Position numbers and translations under genes: made by a program
Virus record (IMG/VR): IMGVR_UViG_3300031952_000005
Span: 41,465 to 105,464 of that record
Length of the DNA: 64,000 nt
Strand: one strand, 5' to 3'
Source: a virus
Shown here: piece by piece, positions 58,634-64,000 of the stretch
How the letters are laid out: each line of letters starts with the position of its first letter
Position numbering within the stretch: position 1 is the stretch's first letter
Notes under the pieces: model-generated
What the model was told of the DNA's origin: nothing
Databases searched by the model: none
Seen by the model: the letters and a program-made list of their open reading frames with translations, nothing else

Positions 58634-59070
58634 TGGAGGTGAGGGGAGTCGAACCCCTGTCCAAATCATGCTTCAATAATACAATTTATACAGCTTTTAG
58701 GTAATCAACTTAGTTGACGACTCCACCACTCTGTTTAATCTAACAGAGAAATCTTAAATCTTTCTTACAGCGCTCCTAAAGAATTACCTCATGGTCTGTC
58801 ATCTGTTAAGATTCAGGGTTTCTGAGAAAGATTAATTTGCGACTACTATAAACCCTTTTTCGTCAGTTAATTTAGGCTGCTATACCAGTGTAAGACTCCT
58901 CATTTAATAATGAGAATACTTTGTTCATGTTAGCTTCTACTTGTGCGTTGTCTCCTTGAGATACTACACTTAAATTTGCATTGCCATTTAATTAAATTCA
59001 CCTTAGTTTACAGTTATCTCTCTGGCTGATTGTACTACTTACTAATAACCTGTCAAAACCAGTCACCCCC
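58634..59070 (-). ncRNA. ssrA: tmRNA (437 nt)
   Basis: 5' GGGGGUGACUGGUUUUGACAGG and 3' GGACAGGGGUUCGACUCCCCUCACCUCCA; acceptor stem with G3-U70; helix-2 pairing AGUAGUACAAU/AUUGUAUUAUU; tag ORF 58872-58985 ending IAA-stop. Confidence 0.95.
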
Positions 59071-59078
59071 AGTATTAG

Positions 59079-59150
59079 TAGCGTGTTGTGGATTCGAACC
59101 ACCCCGTAGAGTTTATGAGACTCCAATGCAACCAGTTACACCTTCACGCA
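59079..59150 (-). tRNA. tRNA with CAU anticodon (Met/fMet-like)
   Basis: Anticodon arm GGAGU-CUCAUAA-ACUCU; T loop UUCGAAU; acceptor GCGUG/CACGC. Confidence 0.85.
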
Positions 59151-59166
59151 ATGTAACAGTTGTTTA

Positions 59167-59314
59167 TGGCACAACTGACTAAGCCTTCAGTAACTTTTGA
59201 ATACCCCCAGAGTTACAAACTGTGCCAACCTACGATTTGGAGGACCTCCACGCCAACACTAAAAAGTGCTTGTAATTCCTATCTTCGATACTTGCCAGTG
59301 CACTGTCAGAGGTC
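59167..59314 (-). ncRNA. Putative structured RNA upstream of the tRNA
   Basis: Relatively GC-rich intergenic segment with closing stems GACCUCU/GGAGGUC and UGGCACAG/UUGUGCCA, each enclosing hairpins. Confidence 0.4.
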
Positions 59315-59324
59315 TAAATACTTT

Positions 59325-59612
59325 TTACCAAACAATTGCAACATCTCCTTCAGAGATCATCATTCTTAATGCACCACCTACCTCAAGAACTTCTGCTTGT
59401 TGTAAACCATGTGTAGGAACATATACCTTGTCGCCTACAGCAACTTCTTCTACATCCTCTCCAATAGCATACACGTCAAGTGCAGTCCATCGTTTCATTG
59501 CATCAGCATCTAGTGATGCTTCTGTTTCTGCAGACAATTCAAGTGCACTTTCTTTTTTTACAGGTTTTGTAATTAAAATCCTTCTTCCTCTTAGTTTTTT
59601 GTAATCTGACAT
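59325..59612 (-). CDS. groES: GroES-like co-chaperonin
   Basis: LRGRRILI...VYAIGEDVEEVAVGDKVYV...ISEGDVAIVW; 95 aa. Confidence 0.75.
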   Translation of the reverse strand: MSDYKKLRGRRILITKPVKKESALELSAETEASLDADAMKRWTALDVYAIGEDVEEVAVGDKVYVPTHGLQQAEVLEVGGALRMMISEGDVAIVW

Positions 59613-59617
59613 ATTTT

Positions 59618-59854
59618 TTATTTTAAAATGTTATCAATCTTTTTAATTGTGTTAAGCGTTTCTGCTCTACTATTTTCTACAAGTGTTAGTTCATCTGATA
59701 ACTGTTTAAGTTGAGATTTTACGTCGTCAGCATAAACTTTTTGTTCATCATGCAGTTGTTGTAATTCATTTTGCATAGTAGTAAATACACCAAGTATTTT
59801 TGTCTTTTTTGCTGATAGTACAGCATTGTTTAATTTTTGTTTTGTACTAAACAT
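59618..59854 (-). CDS. Coiled-coil hypothetical protein
   Basis: ORF in operon with heptad pattern. Confidence 0.6.
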   Translation of the reverse strand: MFSTKQKLNNAVLSAKKTKILGVFTTMQNELQQLHDEQKVYADDVKSQLKQLSDELTLVENSRAETLNTIKKIDNILK

Positions 59855-59855
59855 A

Positions 59856-60227
59856 TTATACTTTTTTTAATTTTTTAACTGGTGTGTTTTCATCTACTCC
59901 TAGATCAATTTCAGAAGGTAGTTCAGTAATAGCAGTTGGATTATTAACCAAAATTTTATCACCTACTTTTACATTGTTTTCTACTAGTTCTGGATTGGCA
60001 TCTATATCTTCTTGAGTCACAGTGTGTTCAACTTCATTCTGAGAAGTTGGAGTTTGCATTTGTGCCATCAGAATAGTTGCTTGAGTTCTTTGTGCTTCAT
60101 TTTTTGCAATCTCCATTTGCAACACAGACAAGTCACGTCTTAATGTTGTGATTTCAATTTGCTCTTTGTACCATGCAATGATTTGTTCTTTTGAGGGCAC
60201 ATCTTGTGTTTTTGTTTTTGCGTTCAT
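59856..60227 (-). CDS. Hypothetical protein (coiled coil plus HTVTQEDIDANPEL...KVGD domain)
   Basis: First gene of the leftward unit, just downstream of a promoter. Confidence 0.65.
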   Translation of the reverse strand: MNAKTKTQDVPSKEQIIAWYKEQIEITTLRRDLSVLQMEIAKNEAQRTQATILMAQMQTPTSQNEVEHTVTQEDIDANPELVENNVKVGDKILVNNPTAITELPSEIDLGVDENTPVKKLKKV

Positions 60228-60252
60228 ATGTGTTAAGTTATTGATTACACCA

Positions 60253-60300
60253 CAAATATATAAAGAAAAGTTTAACTTTTACAAATTTATTATATATTTG
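60253..60300. promoter_or_regulatory. Divergent Bacteroidota sigma-A-type promoters
   Basis: Minus strand: TTTG (60285-60282), 21 nt, TATATTTG (60260-60253). Plus strand: TATATTTG at 60293-60300. Confidence 0.7.
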
Positions 60301-60325
60301 TAAAATAATTTTAAAACATTCTAAC

Positions 60326-60526
60326 ATGAAAACATTATTCCAGTATGCAGTTGTACTACATGAGTATGACAATGATAAAAAATATGTTGACTCAAAAGTC
60401 ATCATAGAACCTAAAACAGCATTAGCAAAATCAGAAAAAGATCTTGTGTTTAAAATTACAAGAGAGATTCCTGAAGAGTATGCAGAGAATCCTGATAACG
60501 TGCAAATCTATGTGCGAAATTTTTAG
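60326..60526 (+). CDS. Hypothetical protein (66 aa) with probable -1 frameshift extension to 60732 (~135 aa)
   Basis: Ends CGA AAT TTT TAG; the -1 frame is open 60523-60732. Confidence 0.75.
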   Translation: MKTLFQYAVVLHEYDNDKKYVDSKVIIEPKTALAKSEKDLVFKITREIPEEYAENPDNVQIYVRNF

Positions 60527-60731
60527 TAACTCCATCATGGTCTAACACTAATAATAATAGTGGTGGTGGAGTATTTAACAGACCAAATGGATTAATAGGT
60601 ACAACAGGTTTTACAGGATTACCTTATCAATCTATTACAAATGATAATCCTTTCAACACTACATTTACAAGTAGTAGTAGTGCAAATACCTATTCATTAA
60701 CAAGTGCATTGAATACAATTACAGATAAATA

Positions 60732-60944
60732 ATGGCAATAACAGTAAGATCTAAATTAGATTTTGGACAAATAGTATATATCAAAACAGATGTAGATCAG
60801 TTTCCAAAACAAGTAATAGGAGTACAAGCAACAGCAGATGGTGGAATTCTTATAAAAGTTACTACAGACGGTGAAGCAACTTGGCACTATGAGTGTGAAA
60901 TAAGTGATGAAAAAGACATCATGTTATCATTGAATAATCCATAA
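60732..60944 (+). CDS. Hypothetical protein (70 aa)
   Basis: ATG overlaps upstream TAA (TAATG); FGQIVYIKTD motif. Confidence 0.7.
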   Translation: MAITVRSKLDFGQIVYIKTDVDQFPKQVIGVQATADGGILIKVTTDGEATWHYECEISDEKDIMLSLNNP

Positions 60945-60969
60945 ATCGCATATCGCGATATGCAATATC

Positions 60970-61000
60970 AAGAACCCTGGCGTAACTGCTGGGGTTTTTT
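60970..61000 (+). terminator. Intrinsic terminator
   Basis: AACCCTGGC-GTAACT-GCTGGGGTT stem-loop followed by a T run. Confidence 0.8.
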
Positions 61001-61305
61001 GTTGTGCATTTGTTAGTATTTGCTGATGTGTGTTTGTTAGTACTTGCTGTTTGCGGTGATCATCACCTGTATAATAAAATTTTGTAAATATTTTTCTGCA
61101 ATGGTGTGGAAAATATACTGTGTGTTAGAATGGTGGTATTAACATTTTTTAAAATAATATCCTCTGTGAGTTCTAGTTAAAAAATTTTTTGGTATATATT
61201 TTTATATTGAGAGTGTAAGAACAACAACTACCTAGCTAAAGCATCCCCCGCACTTTGTCAACTACCCTCTACCCCCCTTGAGAATCAGACTAATAATTGT
61301 GTCTT

Positions 61306-61401
61306 ATGAAAACTATCTATTTCATTTCAGGATACTCTATTGTTGCAATGTCGTGGAGAGAAGCATTTGCTTACTACCGCAACTACTGCAAGGAAGAGTA
61401 G
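61306..61401 (+). CDS. Small early peptide (31 aa), not in ORF track
   Basis: MKTIYFISGYSIVAMSWREAFAYYRNYCKEE; followed by a hairpin at 61437-61466. Confidence 0.45.
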   Translation: MKTIYFISGYSIVAMSWREAFAYYRNYCKEE

Positions 61402-61521
61402 AGTTCAACTACGTTGAACACCTGACAGACTAAAACTCATGGTATCTTACAATCGAGATACCATGATTTCTCTTATTAGCGCTCTTAATTTGTATTATTA
61501 ACTCTCTTAAATAACTTCATT

Positions 61522-61734
61522 ATGAAACTCAGAGAAAAACTAGCGCTTTGGATGTTCGCTACATCTATTATGTCATGGACTATTGTCGTGGCAATTACAC
61601 CTGTTGGTGGTTGGTGCAATAGTAATCCTCATCACGAGTACTATAAGATGGCATTTGTTATCACTAGTGCTGCTACATTATTGTCGATTGCTGTGTTAAT
61701 GTATAACTCTAGACCTGCACACGATGAAGAATAA
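61522..61734 (+). CDS. Small two-TM membrane protein
   Basis: Two hydrophobic segments. Confidence 0.65.
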   Translation: MKLREKLALWMFATSIMSWTIVVAITPVGGWCNSNPHHEYYKMAFVITSAATLLSIAVLMYNSRPAHDEE

Positions 61735-61954
61735 AGAGCAACGTTACGCTACTGTGATATTCAAATCACTAATACGTGCAGAAAGTTTCAAGAAAGAACT
61801 TGCAGATAGATGTAAACAAACTATCAAACAAGACAAACTTGGTAACTATAAAGTCAGGTTCCTTATAGATAAATCTCGACCATTAGTAGATAGATCTATG
61901 AGGAATAAATATCCAGAAGAAACTCCTGACTTTGAAGAGCACTGGAAAGAATAA
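61724..61954 (+). CDS. Hypothetical protein (76 aa)
   Basis: Overlaps the previous gene; followed by a hairpin. Confidence 0.6.
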   Translation: MKNKEQRYATVIFKSLIRAESFKKELADRCKQTIKQDKLGNYKVRFLIDKSRPLVDRSMRNKYPEETPDFEEHWKE

Positions 61955-61961
61955 TAATCAT

Positions 61962-61994
61962 GGGTGTTAGTCGTTACTGTCTAACACCCTTTTC
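61962..61994 (+). terminator. Hairpin/terminator
   Basis: GGGTGTTAG-N10-CTAACACCC-TTTT. Confidence 0.65.
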
Positions 61995-62030
61995 ACTCAC
62001 TTAATAAATAACTCTTAATACATAATAATT

Positions 62031-62285
62031 ATGAAAACTTTTGACAAAGTTCAAATTGCAGTAAAAACTGCTTATGGTGAAATAAATGTAGACTTCACCA
62101 TCATTGCTGTGCTCAGTAATCACACATATGGTTTAGTTGCACAAGACAAAGTAGTAGTTGGTCATCATAGAGTTGGCAACCAATGGGTACTATCAGAACA
62201 TGTTGATCTATTAGATCTAAAAGAAAACATTGTTCAAGATGTATTCCACAGAGGTGTTGTAGTTCCACAAGATAATTGTCTCTAA
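62031..62285 (+). CDS. Hypothetical protein (84 aa)
   Basis: ORF with AT-rich leader. Confidence 0.65.
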   Translation: MKTFDKVQIAVKTAYGEINVDFTIIAVLSNHTYGLVAQDKVVVGHHRVGNQWVLSEHVDLLDLKENIVQDVFHRGVVVPQDNCL

Positions 62286-62404
62286 TAACACTTTAATAAT
62301 AACTAACAAGGGTGGTATTACTTTCTACCACCCATGTAATATAGGAGAGAGTCGCTGCCTGCAATGTGCGACAACCAATTATTAATCTCATAATTTATAT
62401 TATC

Positions 62405-62917
62405 ATGAGAAATGTTCAAATCACGCCATCTAGCACTGATGGTCAATTAATTACTGTTTATAAAAATAACAGCGCGTATGGTTACATCAAATTATCATCT
62501 GTAGAGATGAGTATTGGTGGTAACGGTTGGATACGCGAGTCTAAACGTAGTACGCTCATGCGTGCTGAAGTAGAACTCTTACAGCGCTTCATTGCTGCAA
62601 ACAAATCTCTTGCTCTTGCAGGCAAGATATATGTGGAAGAGTTCCTGGAAAACAGTCTGCCTGACTCTTATAGAGAACGTCTCAATAAGAATGTTGACTA
62701 TGAAACATCCATCAAACCGTACATTAAATGTGCTGGTAAAGATGGTGTTGAGTTGACGTTAGGTGGTGAGCGCATACTTCGTTTCACTTCGTATGATCCA
62801 TCTGGAACTGTCGAAGATGTGAAGATTGCTCACGATAACACTGATGCAGTTAAAGCATCTAAAGGTATTGCATCTGCTGCAGCATTTGATGGTGAAGGTA
62901 CTGATGTGCCTTTCTAG
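62405..62917 (+). CDS. Putative ssDNA-binding or SSB-tail-bearing protein (170 aa)
   Basis: Acidic C-terminus DGEGTDVPF; ATG at 62405 aligns with the paralog at 63879. Confidence 0.5.
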   Translation: MRNVQITPSSTDGQLITVYKNNSAYGYIKLSSVEMSIGGNGWIRESKRSTLMRAEVELLQRFIAANKSLALAGKIYVEEFLENSLPDSYRERLNKNVDYETSIKPYIKCAGKDGVELTLGGERILRFTSYDPSGTVEDVKIAHDNTDAVKASKGIASAAAFDGEGTDVPF

Positions 62918-62930
62918 TCATCTAAATTAT

Positions 62931-62958
62931 GAGGGTGTGTAACAGCACCCTCTATTTT
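62931..62958 (+). terminator. Hairpin/terminator
   Basis: GAGGGTG-TGTAACAG-CACCCTC-TATTTT. Confidence 0.65.
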
Positions 62959-62980
62959 ATAACTCTTAATTAAATAACTC

Positions 62981-63166
62981 ATGGATTTGACTCAAGCATT
63001 AACAATGTGGGATAACGCAGGTAACACCACTAAAGATTACAATGATGAACACAATAACTACTGTATTGATTTCATCAATAAGAATGATGAAAAAGTAGGT
63101 TGGATAAAGGTGTATCCTGGTCAAGGTATCAGATGGAAATACCCTGAAGAACTCTTTAAAGCATAA
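62981..63166 (+). CDS. Hypothetical protein (61 aa)
   Basis: ORF following an AACTCTTAAT leader. Confidence 0.6.
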   Translation: MDLTQALTMWDNAGNTTKDYNDEHNNYCIDFINKNDEKVGWIKVYPGQGIRWKYPEELFKA

Positions 63167-63383
63167 CTACCCAGTTGAGGAACTGTTGCTCTGAGAATGA
63201 GCAGCAGTTTTTTCTCAACAGCAAGTAAATCCTTTCTCAACCTTGTTGTGTGTAGTGCAGATAAATGCAACCACTCAGTGTAGCAGTTCTTTCTCAAAGA
63301 CAAGATAATTCTTTTCTCAATGGGTAAGTTATTACATTATTCGCAAAGTTTCTTATCTTTACATAAACAAAAACACAAGAACT

Positions 63384-63761
63384 ATGTCATTCAAATATAA
63401 AAAACCACAAGTTATAATTCCTATATACACTTCTTCTCCTCTAAAAAAGAAAAAGTCACAAGTAAAAGCAGACTCTCCATTGTTTAAAGAATACAGAAAA
63501 AAGGTGTTTGCATTAACAGAAGAAAACTGTAAGAGTCTAACAGATTTATGCAAAAGAGGATTTTTTGGTCATCACATAGACCACATGATAAGTATACACT
63601 ATGGATTTGTAAATAACATTCCTGCTGAAAATATAGCAGACATTTCTAATCTTAGAATGATATACTACAAAGACAACATGAAAAAAGGTATTAAGTGCGA
63701 AATTACAGAATCAAACATATGGATAATTAATAGTACAACTACACCCCCTGGGGAAGGATAA
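63384..63761 (+). CDS. HNH endonuclease-like protein
   Basis: HHIDHMIS...ISNLRMI...DNMKKG. Confidence 0.7.
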   Translation: MSFKYKKPQVIIPIYTSSPLKKKKSQVKADSPLFKEYRKKVFALTEENCKSLTDLCKRGFFGHHIDHMISIHYGFVNNIPAENIADISNLRMIYYKDNMKKGIKCEITESNIWIINSTTTPPGEG

Positions 63762-63878
63762 TACAAACCACACGAGAAGCACCTGAGAAATGCTGGACAC
63801 ACACCCTGAGAAAAAGTTGTCTACATACTACTCTCTACCCCCTTCTGAGTTCACTATTAATTTTTAATTTATCTCTCT

Positions 63879-64000
63879 ATGTCTACAGTAAGAATCGTAG
63901 CTAATGCAAAGACCAGTAACCTTATATCAGGTTACAAAAACAATCCTGAATTTGGTTATATTCAGTTGGAACAAACAGCAATCTCTATTGCCAGTAATGG
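63879..64000 (+). CDS. Paralog of the 62405 protein (partial)
   Basis: MSTVRIVANAKTSNLISGYKNNPEFGYIQLEQTAISIASN versus MRNVQITPSSTDGQLITVYKNNSAYGYIKLSSVEMSIGGN. Confidence 0.7.
   Translation, partial: MSTVRIVANAKTSNLISGYKNNPEFGYIQLEQTAISIASN

Noticed and set aside
58585-59078. Theta ribozyme at the 3' end of the tRNA or tmRNA
   Set aside because: Only 8 nt follow the tRNA, and the tmRNA is followed by two AT-rich hairpins (TGTACA...TGTACA, TCATACAT...ATGTATGA) without HDV topology.
59170-59215. Hammerhead ribozyme around CUGAAGG
   Set aside because: Lacks the CUGANGA...GAAA core.
321-59604. Many plus-strand ORFs (and short alternative-frame minus ORFs) in the track overlapping the long minus-strand genes
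   Set aside because: Antisense or off-frame shadows of strongly biased coding sequence; no motifs or start context.
39641-64000. Complete DGR cassette
   Set aside because: No reverse transcriptase, Avd or AAC-rich template repeat recognised in the window.

Overview
About 64 kb of an AT-rich crAss-like (Crassvirales-related) phage genome, standard genetic code, with a probable Bacteroidota host (TAnnTTTG promoters, Bacteroidota-style tmRNA resume site). Positions 1-60227 form a minus-strand late/virion region. From the right it runs: small genes and a GroES-like chaperonin, tRNA-CAT and tmRNA, HU/IHF-like and PD-(D/E)XK nuclease genes, terminase, portal, scaffold, major capsid protein, ring/hub and Cys-rich fibre genes, muzzle, four modular cargo proteins, two large ejection proteins, and the giant virion RNA polymerase (missing from the ORF track, runs off the left edge). 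From 60326 onward are short plus-strand early-type genes. Best novelty candidates: (1) a recurring xxxGG / K-x-Q-x-G linker that divides four consecutive cargo proteins into swappable enzymatic payloads; (2) a programmed -1 frameshift (A_AAU_UUU plus pseudoknot) at 60517; (3) a tmRNA with a 37-aa tag; (4) an HDV-ribozyme-like fold downstream of the capsid gene; (5) animal-type thrombospondin-1 repeats in a fibre protein; (6) a 16-bp candidate late promoter. Structural gene names rest on motif recognition and synteny with PhiCrAss001 from memory; no database searches were run.
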